A stretch of DNA of 64,000 nucleotides from an uncultured delta proteobacterium (GTDB taxonomy: Bacteria; Myxococcota_A; Polyangia; Polyangiales; Polyangiaceae), in assembly GCA_963696385.1 (NCBI GenBank), contig CAVOKF010000007.1:288001-352000 (forward strand). Reading direction: 5' to 3'. The notes under the pieces were generated by a model that did no database searches, had not been told where the DNA came from, and saw only the letters and a program-made list of their open reading frames with translations. Shown piece by piece: positions 40,601 through 48,870 of the stretch. A program made the position numbers and the translations under genes. Positions within the stretch are counted from its first letter, which is position 1. Every line of letters starts with the position of its first letter.

Positions 40601-41674
40601 TTATCGTGGAAACGTCACGCCTTGGGGCAAGGTCTGAGGCGCGCAAGTCGATACCCCCGCGCCAACAATCAAGCCGACTGCGGCCGGAACGTCACCGACC
40701 GTCGTGACGGTGCCGTCGCTCGGGCTGTAGCGCTGGACGACGCTCGGGGAATTATTCGGAGGCGGCGCCGTGAACGTGTAAAAATCGCCTCCCCAAAAGG
40801 CGAAGGCCCACGCAATGCCTTGGTCGACCGTGGGCAGAGGCGACGCCCGCACGACTTGTGCCGTCGCGGGATCGATTTGCGCGATGACGGAGGTCCCCTC
40901 ATCGCCGCCGTCGGCCGCGTAGCGCTCTGCAAACGCGAATAGCCCGCCCGCGCCCGTGCCCGTCAACTCCGGCTTGACGAGCGGCGGCTCGAATGCACCG
41001 ATGACCGTCAGCACCAGCGAGGTCGTGTCAATGGACGCGAGGACCGAGTCCGCATCCGTCATCGCGTCGCCCGCGACATAGAGGGTCTCGCCCGTCCCCT
41101 GAGCGTTCTGCGCAAAGCCCATACCGAACTCCGCCGGAAAGCCCTGCTGCTGAGACACGAACCCGGTAGGCTCGCAGTTGGCGTTCGCGGTACTGACGCG
41201 AAAGAGCTCGCCGTCCTCGTAGAGGACGTACGCAATCCCGGTCTGGTCGACCGCCATCGAAAAGGGCTGGGACGCGCTGGGGCAGTTCACCTGACCGATG
41301 GGCGTCAAGGCCCCTGACGGGGGGTCGTAGCTCAGAAGCACATAGCCCTCGCTGATGAGATAGATGAGCGTCGAGCCCCCGTCGGCGCAAGCGGACGGCG
41401 GCGGCGCGGCGGGCGGCACGCTGACCGGCGGCAACGCGTCGAGGCTGACGCTTGCGTCCTGGGGCTCGGACGGTGGGGAGGATCCGGCCTCGGACGGGAG
41501 GCTCGCGGCCGAACTGGACGCCGCTCCGGTCGAGACCGAGCTCGACGTTTCACTTGCCGCAGAAAGCGTGGACCCCGACGCCAGATCGTCGGGGACGAGC
41601 AGGCCGCTGCGATCGCCGCAGCCGGACAGCCCGCCCAGCCAAGCAAGCATCGCTAGCCAACGGCTCGTACGCAT
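40601..41674 (-). CDS. Lipoprotein with beta-propeller-like C-terminal region
   Basis: LSGC lipobox followed by GDRSGL; PFSMAVD, PELTGTG, WAFAFWGGDFY, IVGAGVSTCAP. Confidence 0.8.
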   Translation of the reverse strand: MRTSRWLAMLAWLGGLSGCGDRSGLLVPDDLASGSTLSAASETSSSVSTGAASSSAASLPSEAGSSPPSEPQDASVSLDALPPVSVPPAAPPPSACADGGSTLIYLISEGYVLLSYDPPSGALTPIGQVNCPSASQPFSMAVDQTGIAYVLYEDGELFRVSTANANCEPTGFVSQQQGFPAEFGMGFAQNAQGTGETLYVAGDAMTDADSVLASIDTTSLVLTVIGAFEPPLVKPELTGTGAGGLFAFAERYAADGGDEGTSVIAQIDPATAQVVRASPLPTVDQGIAWAFAFWGGDFYTFTAPPPNNSPSVVQRYSPSDGTVTTVGDVPAAVGLIVGAGVSTCAPQTLPQGVTFPR

Positions 41675-41740
41675 CACGCTACCATGACCCGGAGCGGCGA
41701 GCCGGACAAGGGGCCCGCATGCTATCGGGGAACCGTTATC

Positions 41741-42727
41741 ATGCCCTTTCCGTTCGTACGGCCGAGGCGCCTGCGAGTGACCGCCGGGATGCGTGCTTTG
41801 GTGCGCGAAACGGATTTGGCGCCGCGTCGTCTCGTTTGGCCGGTTTTCTTCAATGCCGCGATCGACGAAGCGCGCCCGGTCCGGAGCATGCCGGGGGTGT
41901 CTCAGCTTCCGGTCACCGCCGCGGGGCATGCCGCGAAGGACGCGGTGCGCCACGGGCTCGGTGCGATTCTTCTCTTCGGGCTTCCCAAAACGAAGGACGC
42001 GCTTGGATCGAGTGCTCTCGATCCGGACGGGCCCGTGCCTCGCGCGATCGCGGAGATGAAGTCCGCGGCGCCCGAGCTCGTGGTGATGACCGACGTCTGC
42101 GTCGACGAGTACACCGACCACGGTCACTGTGGGGTCCTGCGCAAACGGGCCGACGGCCAGATCGAGGTCGACAACGACGCGACGATCGAGATCCTCGCCG
42201 AAATGGCCGTCTTGCATGCGCGCGCCGGAGCCGACGTCATCGCACCGAGCGATATGATGGACGGGCGTGTCGCTCGACTGCGTCGCGCGCTCGACGCAAG
42301 CTCGCTCGAGGGCGTCAGCATCCTGAGTTACGCCGTGAAGTACGCGAGCAGCTTTTATGGGCCGTTCCGCGAGGCGGCAGACTGCGCTCCGAAGTTCGGG
42401 GACCGGGCCGGCTATCAGATGGACCCGGCCAACGCACGAGAAGCGCTGCGGGAAGCGCGTCTCGACGAGGAAGAAGGCGCGGACCTCTTGATGGTCAAGC
42501 CCGCACTCGCGTACCTCGACGTGATCCGTGCCGTGCGAGGTTCGACGGAGTTGCCGCTCCTTGCCTACAATGTGTCGGGTGAATACGCCATGCTCAAGGC
42601 GGCAGCGGCGGCCGGCATGATCGACTACGACCGAGCGATGCTCGAAGTGCTGACGTCGATTCGGCGGGCCGGCGCCGACGCCATTGTCACCTACCATGCG
42701 ATCGAGGCCGCCGAAGCCCTCGCGTGA
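41741..42727 (+). CDS. hemB: Porphobilinogen synthase
   Basis: RPRRLR, DVCVDEYTDHGHCG, APSDMMDGRV, YGPFREA, MVKPALAYLD, AYNVSGEY. Confidence 0.97.
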   Translation: MPFPFVRPRRLRVTAGMRALVRETDLAPRRLVWPVFFNAAIDEARPVRSMPGVSQLPVTAAGHAAKDAVRHGLGAILLFGLPKTKDALGSSALDPDGPVPRAIAEMKSAAPELVVMTDVCVDEYTDHGHCGVLRKRADGQIEVDNDATIEILAEMAVLHARAGADVIAPSDMMDGRVARLRRALDASSLEGVSILSYAVKYASSFYGPFREAADCAPKFGDRAGYQMDPANAREALREARLDEEEGADLLMVKPALAYLDVIRAVRGSTELPLLAYNVSGEYAMLKAAAAAGMIDYDRAMLEVLTSIRRAGADAIVTYHAIEAAEALA

Positions 42728-42833
42728 GCCACCGGCGGCCTGTCGGACCTTCGCTCGGTCTCCGCGCGACGGCGGACCGCTTTTCTTTGAAAGCCTTTGA
42801 AAGGCGCCCTCGTGTCGAGGGCCCGACTGCGGG

Positions 42834-43961
42834 TCAGCCCCCCCGAGGAGCACGACGCCGCAAGGACGCGGCTTCGACTCGCGCAGGCTCTGGGGCGATG
42901 GACTTGGCCAGTCTGGCGGAGTCGTCGTCGTGGGGCTCGCCGTAGTCGGTCCACACTCGCCGCGCAAAGGCGCTGTCGAGCCGCTGTTTGACGACGTCAA
43001 TCGCGCGAATGCCAATGTCTATCCCGATCCAACGCCTCCCTTCCTTTTCCGCAACGACGATGGCCGTTCCGCAGCCGCAGAATGGATCGAGGACGAGATC
43101 GCCTGCTTTGCTGCTCGCGCGAATCACTCGCTCCAGCAGCTTCTCCGGCTTCTGCGTCGGGTAGCCCGTCCGCTCTTTGCCAATCGGAGCGATGAGCCCG
43201 ACTTCCCACGCATCCGACAGGGGCACTCCGTTCACTTCTACGTCCTCCACTTCCCAAAAGTCCGAGAGCGGGGGCCCTTTGGTTTCGGCCATCTCGACAC
43301 TCGGCTTGCGTCGTCCGGACGAAAACTCGGCACGCTGCTTACGGGTGCCAAAGGTCTTGAGGGTCGATTGCGCCAATGTCTCGTAACCATAAAGGGGTTG
43401 GAACGTGTGCGTGTTGTCGCTTCGTGCGGTGTAAAAGAGAAGCACGTCGTGCATACGCTGAAATCGAAGCGCCTTCGTTGGCCATCGGCGGTACCGCCAT
43501 ATGATCTCGTTTCGAAAACAGCCCGGCCCGAAGATTCCGTCCAGAATCAGTTTCAGGTAGTGGCTCGCGGTCGGATCGCAATGCAAGTAGAGCGAACCGG
43601 TCGGGCGCAGAACCCGGGATAGCTCCACGAGCCGAATCGCCATCATCGACAGATACGCCATCGTGTCTCGATGATTCGACCCGAAGAATCCCTGGAGTGA
43701 GCGCATAAGGCCGCTCAGGCGCTTGGGAACGGGCACGTTGGGCGCATCTCCTTGCAGCTCGTCGTACGCTCGCTGCGCGGCGTGGTCCCAATGCCATGTA
43801 TCGAAAAACGCGTGCTCGCGTATCTTCGATTCCCTGCGAATCAGACTGTAGGTGCGTTCTGAATTGAACGGCGGATCGAGGTAGACGAGATCGACGGACT
43901 CGGAGGCGAGGTTCTGCCGCAGGACGTCGAGGTTGTCGCCGTAATAAAGGTCCCCAGGCAT
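42834..43961 (-). CDS. N6-adenine/N4-cytosine DNA methyltransferase (beta class)
   Basis: YLDPPFNS (motif IV) precedes LDPFCGCGT (motif I); YPTQKP. Confidence 0.92.
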   Translation of the reverse strand: MPGDLYYGDNLDVLRQNLASESVDLVYLDPPFNSERTYSLIRRESKIREHAFFDTWHWDHAAQRAYDELQGDAPNVPVPKRLSGLMRSLQGFFGSNHRDTMAYLSMMAIRLVELSRVLRPTGSLYLHCDPTASHYLKLILDGIFGPGCFRNEIIWRYRRWPTKALRFQRMHDVLLFYTARSDNTHTFQPLYGYETLAQSTLKTFGTRKQRAEFSSGRRKPSVEMAETKGPPLSDFWEVEDVEVNGVPLSDAWEVGLIAPIGKERTGYPTQKPEKLLERVIRASSKAGDLVLDPFCGCGTAIVVAEKEGRRWIGIDIGIRAIDVVKQRLDSAFARRVWTDYGEPHDDDSARLAKSIAPEPARVEAASLRRRAPRGG

Positions 43962-44084
43962 GCGGGCGATCGTCCGTGATCGAGGGCTATTTTGTCCACA
44001 TTGTAACGAAATATCGCATGTTGACCCCGAACCAGTGCGGGGCCCGCCGCACGCGCGACACGGTGACCCCTGCGGCCGGCGGCA

Positions 44085-44630
44085 CTACCGGAAGCAGCGA
44101 GGCATGCACGCTCGGTACGCTCGATCGCAGAGCGGGCAAGCGACGCCTTGGCACGCCACCGAACACGCCGTCCAACGCTGGGTGCAGGCATCGCCGCAAT
44201 CGGCGCCGGGGGCGCGCAGTGGCGGCTTCTCGGGTGCCGCCGACGACGCAGCGAGGGAGGCGGAGGAGGGGGCTCGGGCGGGGGGCTGTGCCGACGCGAT
44301 GTTGGGGGGCGGCGCGAAAGCGTTCGTCGGCGAGGGCCCTCCCGCATGGTCCGCCGATGCCTCGGAGCTCGCGGAGGAGGCGTCGATCGACGGTCGCGAA
44401 TCGGACGCCAGCGCGGCGTAGCGCTTCGTCGCGTATTCGATCCGATCGCGCGACTGTCCGTACGTGTAGCCGTCGACCCACTCGCGCCAGCATTGACGCT
44501 TGAGCGCCGCCGAAGCGGCCGTCTCTTCGAACGCGTAGCAGTGCTCAAAGTGGACGTCGCATTCGTAGACGGCCTGAAAGCTCGGGCCGCAAGCCGCGGC
44601 AAGCAAGGCGAAAGGCAGAAGCTCGCGCAC
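44085..44630 (-). CDS. Cys-rich hypothetical lipoprotein
   Basis: LAAAC lipobox; FEHCY; C-terminal CGDAC..W..C...C..CD..YRACM..CF. Confidence 0.75.
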   Translation of the reverse strand: MRELLPFALLAAACGPSFQAVYECDVHFEHCYAFEETAASAALKRQCWREWVDGYTYGQSRDRIEYATKRYAALASDSRPSIDASSASSEASADHAGGPSPTNAFAPPPNIASAQPPARAPSSASLAASSAAPEKPPLRAPGADCGDACTQRWTACSVACQGVACPLCDRAYRACMPRCFR

Positions 44631-44754
44631 ACGACCCACGAGACAGTGTCGACCGGCCCCCATCCGCGCGCAACCGAAGTGAGGGCTGCCGAGCGCGAGG
44701 CAGGCGCCTCACACATCGTGGACGGATGCGGTCGGCGCGACTACTCGATGGACC

Positions 44755-45360
44755 ATGTTCACAGGCCTGGTCAACGTCATGGGATCGCTCGCCAGCCGCT
44801 CGCCCCGAGGCCCGGGCGCCCGACTCGCGATCCAGGCACGCTTCGACGACGGCCCTCTCGAGCTCGGCGAATCCATCGCTGTGGACGGCGCATGTCTCTC
44901 GGTCGACGCCATCCTCGCCGGCGGCTTCGAGGTCGATGCCTCTGCCGAGACGCTCGCGCGAACCACACTCGGAGGTCTTGCGCCGGGGGCACGCGTGCAT
45001 CTCGAGCGGTCTCTGCGGGCCGGCGATCGCCTAGGGGGTCACCTGGTGACTGGCCATGTCGACGGGGTCGGCGTGCTCATCGACCGGCGCGGGCTCGGCG
45101 AGGCCGTTTGGATGGCGCTCCGCATTCCCGCAGAGCTATTGCGATTCGTCGCCGAGAAGGGGTCCATCGCCATCGACGGTGTGAGCCTCACAGTAAACGC
45201 CGTGACGGAGGACTTTCTCGAAGTCGCCCTGATTCCGCACACTCTTCAGAAAACCAAGCTGGACGCGTTCGCGCCTGGGCAACGGTTCAACGTCGAAGTC
45301 GACCTCGTCGCTCGATACGTCGCCCGCTGGGTTTCCACCGAGCCGGAATGGCGGGAGTAG
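44755..45360 (+). CDS. ribE: Riboflavin synthase
   Basis: MFTGLV, GGHLVTGHVDG, KGSIAIDGVSLTVN. Confidence 0.96.
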   Translation: MFTGLVNVMGSLASRSPRGPGARLAIQARFDDGPLELGESIAVDGACLSVDAILAGGFEVDASAETLARTTLGGLAPGARVHLERSLRAGDRLGGHLVTGHVDGVGVLIDRRGLGEAVWMALRIPAELLRFVAEKGSIAIDGVSLTVNAVTEDFLEVALIPHTLQKTKLDAFAPGQRFNVEVDLVARYVARWVSTEPEWRE

Positions 45361-45423
45361 AACTCGGTACAAAAGATAGGTACTGAAGGTCGTCGGTCTT
45401 TCTCCACGCCGACGTAATCCGCC

Positions 45424-46596
45424 GTGCTCGCGATCGACCCCAAGCTCGCTGAACGTATCGCAGGCGCCATCACCGACGTTCGGGCCGGCAAGATCATCAT
45501 TCTCGTCGACGATGAAGACCGCGAAAACGAGGGGGACCTCACGATGGCCGCCCAGTTCGCCACGGCGGACGCGATCAACTTCATGGCCACACACGGCCGC
45601 GGGTTGATTTGCCTGGCGCTCACGGAGCAGCAGGTGGATCGGCTGAAACTGCCGATGATGAACGCGCCGGGCCGCCTCGGCCCGCCGCTCGGAACCGCCT
45701 TCACGGTGAGTATCGAGGCACGATCCGGAGTGACGACGGGCATCAGCGCACCCGATCGCGCGCACACGATCCGCGTCGCGGCCAACCCGAACGCCCGGCC
45801 CGAGGACATCGTCACGCCGGGACACGTCTTTCCTCTCAAGGCGCGGAAAGGGGGAGTGCTCGTACGCACCGGCCAGACCGAGGGATCGGTCGACATCGCG
45901 CGCCTCGCGGACCTCACGCCGGCGGGGGTCATTTGCGAGATCATGAAGGAAGACGGGACCATGGCGCGCATGCCCGATCTCGAGATCTTCGCCGAGAAGC
46001 ACAAGCTCCGAATCCTGACGATCGCCGATCTGATTCGGTATCGTTTGCTGACCGAGCGGCTCGTGCGACGAGCGGCGGAAACGAACCTCGTGCTCGATCA
46101 GACGGGCTCGCCGTGGCGGGCGCTGGTTTACGAGACGACCATCGACGACCGTCAGTTCTTGGCCCTCGTCAAAGGCGACGTCGCCTCCGGTCCCCCGCCG
46201 CTTTGCCGCGTGCATACCGGATCGACGCTGGCCGATACGTTCGCGGCGACTCCGCGCGACGGCGGCCTACACCTGAGGGAGGCGATCGCGCAGATCGAAG
46301 CGGCGGGTCGCGGAGCGCTCGTGTACATCGCGCCGTGCGGCGATGTCCTGCGCGAGCTCGAGGCCTGGCGCGCGTCGATCCAGCCACCCGCGTCCGCAGC
46401 GCCGTCTGCCCCCCATGATCCGCCCTTGCGCGAGTTCGGCCTCGGCGCCCAGGTGTTGGTGGATCTGGGCTTGCACCGAATCCGGCTTCTGACCAATAGT
46501 CCGCGTAAGATCGCCGGAATTCACGGCTTCGGCCTCGATGTCGTCGAGCACCTCCCGCTCGTGTCGATGCGGCTCCCGGAGAACAAGGCATCATGA
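45424..46596 (+). CDS. ribB: 3,4-dihydroxy-2-butanone-4-phosphate synthase fused to a degenerate GTP cyclohydrolase II domain (RibBX-type)
   Basis: [30 protein letters not shown]. The GCH-II part reads [12 protein letters not shown], without the Zn-binding Cys residues. Confidence 0.93.
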   Translation: MLAIDPKLAERIAGAITDVRAGKIIILVDDEDRENEGDLTMAAQFATADAINFMATHGRGLICLALTEQQVDRLKLPMMNAPGRLGPPLGTAFTVSIEARSGVTTGISAPDRAHTIRVAANPNARPEDIVTPGHVFPLKARKGGVLVRTGQTEGSVDIARLADLTPAGVICEIMKEDGTMARMPDLEIFAEKHKLRILTIADLIRYRLLTERLVRRAAETNLVLDQTGSPWRALVYETTIDDRQFLALVKGDVASGPPPLCRVHTGSTLADTFAATPRDGGLHLREAIAQIEAAGRGALVYIAPCGDVLRELEAWRASIQPPASAAPSAPHDPPLREFGLGAQVLVDLGLHRIRLLTNSPRKIAGIHGFGLDVVEHLPLVSMRLPENKAS

Positions 46597-47078
46597 CCAC
46601 GCGAGTTATCGAAGGCAGCCTCGTCGTCCCGAAGGGGGCGCGTTTCGCGATTGTCGCAAGCCGCTTCAATCATTTCATCGTCGATCGCCTGGTCGAGGGA
46701 TCGATCGACGCCCTGGCGCGCCACGGCGCCGCGCCGGAGGGTATCCTGGTCGTGCGTGTGCCGGGTGCCTGGGAGCTGCCCATCGTCGCGCGGCGCCTCG
46801 CGGCGAGCGACAAGATCGATGCGATCATCGCCTTGGGCGCGGTCATTCGCGGCAACACGCCGCACTTCGACTACGTCGCGGGCGAGTCCGCGAAGGGTCT
46901 CGCAAGCGCGACACACGCCAGCCGAGTTCCGATCGTGTTCGGAGTGCTGACGACCGAGAACATCGAACAGGCCATGGAACGCGCAGGCACGAAGCAAGGC
47001 AACAAAGGTTGGGATGCGGCCGTCAGCGCGATCGAGATGGTGACCCTCGCGCGCGCTCTGGACGACGCCGGACTCTGA
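46593..47078 (+). CDS. ribH: 6,7-dimethyl-8-ribityllumazine synthase
   Basis: [27 protein letters not shown]. Confidence 0.97.
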   Translation: MTTRVIEGSLVVPKGARFAIVASRFNHFIVDRLVEGSIDALARHGAAPEGILVVRVPGAWELPIVARRLAASDKIDAIIALGAVIRGNTPHFDYVAGESAKGLASATHASRVPIVFGVLTTENIEQAMERAGTKQGNKGWDAAVSAIEMVTLARALDDAGL

Positions 47079-47164
47079 CGTCGTCCGATGCCCGTAGGAC
47101 CCCGATCGCGGGTCGCTCACGCGGCCGGGCGACGCTCTCAAACTCGGACGTCGTCCGATGCCCG
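47072..47164. repeat. 23-bp direct repeat (1 mismatch) at 70-bp spacing
   Basis: actctgacgtcgtccgatgcccg (47072-47094) and actcggacgtcgtccgatgcccg (47142-47164). Confidence 0.85.
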
Positions 47165-47233
47165 CGCGACACGGAAGCGATTCCCGCGCGCGCATCTAGA
47201 CGACGCCAGACTCTAAAGGCACGCTATAAAGCC

Positions 47234-47665
47234 ATGGGCGCACGTCACTCGGGCCGAGAAGCGGCGCTGCAGATGCTATTTCAAATCGAATCGTCCGGCA
47301 CGAGCGCCGACATGGCCATCGAGCTCTTCTGGCGCAGCTTCATCGACGGAGTGGATCCGGAGGGACGTGCGTACGCCGACGACGCAGTCCGCGGTGTCGC
47401 GACAACACGCGGCGATCTCGATCGTCTCATCGTCGACGCGTCGGTTCACTGGCGACTCGAGCGGATGGCTCGGGTCGATCGGAACATTCTCCGGCTTGGA
47501 GCTTGGGAGCTGGCTCACCGACCGGACGTTCCCCGCGCGGTCGTCCTCGACGAAGCGGTAGAGCTCGCGAAGGCATTCGGGACAGACGACTCAAGCGCGT
47601 TCGTCAACGGAGTGCTCAATCGAATCGCCGAGACGCTCGGGCGAACGAGCGATCCGAAGGCTTGA
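47234..47665 (+). CDS. nusB: Transcription antitermination factor NusB
   Basis: RHSGREAALQML, WRLERMARVDRNILR, EAVELAK, FVNGVL. Confidence 0.95.
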   Translation: MGARHSGREAALQMLFQIESSGTSADMAIELFWRSFIDGVDPEGRAYADDAVRGVATTRGDLDRLIVDASVHWRLERMARVDRNILRLGAWELAHRPDVPRAVVLDEAVELAKAFGTDDSSAFVNGVLNRIAETLGRTSDPKA

Positions 47666-48184
47666 ATGGATTTGCGCTTTCTGACGCCCGAACCCGATCG
47701 GCTCGACGAGCCGAGCGTGGAGCTGTGCGCATGCTCGATCTGGAGCGATGAGCGGCCCATACGCGGTTTGGCCGGTCTGCTCGACTGGCGTCTCGGCGCT
47801 CGCCTCAGTGCATTGCTCCAAACCGGCTTCGTGGGTGGTTATGCCGGCGAGGCGCTCGTCATCCCGGGAAAGCCCCACGTCCCGTTCGAAAAAGTGCTGC
47901 TGGTCGGACTCGGGCCGCGAGCATCGTTCGGCGAGCGCACGTTCCGAGATGCCATCGGGCACCTCTCGCGAACGTTGGAGGGTCTGCGAGTACGGCGCGC
48001 CGTCGTGGAGCTACCGGGGCGCGCGACCGACGCCATCGACCCCGAGCGCGCGATTACGCTCACGCTCGAATGCGTGGGGTCTTCGGCCCAGCACGACGTG
48101 TGGTGGTTGGTAGACTCGCCGGCCGCGCAAAAGCGCATCGAGCGGCGTGCCGCCGACGAGCGCCGGCGCGTGCGGGCCCCTTAG
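47666..48184 (+). CDS. Leucyl aminopeptidase (M17) N-terminal-domain-only protein
   Basis: DERPIRGLAGLLDWRL..G..GEALV..KVLLVGLG; abuts nusB. Confidence 0.7.
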   Translation: MDLRFLTPEPDRLDEPSVELCACSIWSDERPIRGLAGLLDWRLGARLSALLQTGFVGGYAGEALVIPGKPHVPFEKVLLVGLGPRASFGERTFRDAIGHLSRTLEGLRVRRAVVELPGRATDAIDPERAITLTLECVGSSAQHDVWWLVDSPAAQKRIERRAADERRRVRAP

Positions 48185-48336
48185 AGGGTGTTTACTGGAT
48201 ACGCTCGAGGATTTCTCCCAGCGAGCTGGCGGACCATTCGGAAAGCTCAGCTCCAGTTCCGAGATCGGTTGTTCCTCGGCCGCTTCCGCCACGAGGAGCG
48301 ACACCATTCTCGCCGCCGTTCATCTGCGGCTGCTCG

Positions 48337-48491
48337 CTAAGGAGAGCGGATCTCGGCGAGCAGCATGCCGGGGGTCAGGATGCGTACGCCCAGGAGCGCG
48401 CCGCCGAGATCTCCCAAAGGCGCGTCAGGCCGCCGCCGGCGCACCAGGCCGCCGAGAACAGTACGTTCGCGTCGAGCAAGACCCGCGTCAC
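48337..48491 (-). pseudogene. PIN-domain (VapC-like) toxin remnant with internal deletion
   Basis: GTG 48491 overlaps the antitoxin stop and reads VTRVLLDANVLFSAAW...LTRLWE, then stops after 38 codons. Another frame gives a PIN-like C-terminus GVRILTPGMLL*. Confidence 0.7.
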
Positions 48492-48790
48492 GCAGGTCTA
48501 CGGTGCGTGACGGCGTCCGGATCGAGGCCGAGCGCGCGCACTTCTTCGCGCGCCTTCTCGTAGTCGGCGGCGTCGACGGCGTTGGACAGCAGGAACTCGG
48601 CGATGCGGCCGTCGTCATACATCTCGAGCGCGGTCGCGACGGCGGGACGCAGCAGGATGCCCTCGTCGCGCTCCTCGGCGATGAGGAGCGAGCCGTCGTG
48701 CAGGCCAAAACGCTTGCGCAGGGCCGCGGGGATGGTGAACACCCCTTTCTTGCCGACCTTGCCGGTTTCGCTGTGACGCTGCCGCGCCAT
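48488..48790 (-). CDS. AbrB/MazE/SpoVT family antitoxin
   Basis: KVGKKGVFTIPAALRKRFGL..G..L..EERDEGILLRP; GGAG RBS. Confidence 0.9.
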   Translation of the reverse strand: MARQRHSETGKVGKKGVFTIPAALRKRFGLHDGSLLIAEERDEGILLRPAVATALEMYDDGRIAEFLLSNAVDAADYEKAREEVRALGLDPDAVTHRRPA

Positions 48791-48813
48791 GCTTCGACTC
48801 CAGAATTGCGGAT

Positions 48814-48842
48814 ATTCTGACATTCTGACTGTCGGAAATCAA
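48814..48842 (-). promoter_or_regulatory. Putative sigma70 promoter and operator of the TA module
   Basis: Minus strand TTGATT-17 nt-CAGAAT; tandem GTCAGAAT x2 and an imperfect inverted repeat ttctgac-t-gtcggaa overlap it. Confidence 0.55.
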
Positions 48843-48870
48843 GGATACTGCAAGCCAGCACAAGGTGTAC

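Noticed and set aside
44631..44754. FMN riboswitch upstream of the riboflavin operon
   Set aside because: The spacer is short, shared with a divergent gene, and lacks recognisable RFN conserved blocks.
47072..47164. Repeat-spacer-repeat as a mini-CRISPR
   Set aside because: Only two copies, the first overlaps the ribH stop, and there is no leader or cas gene.
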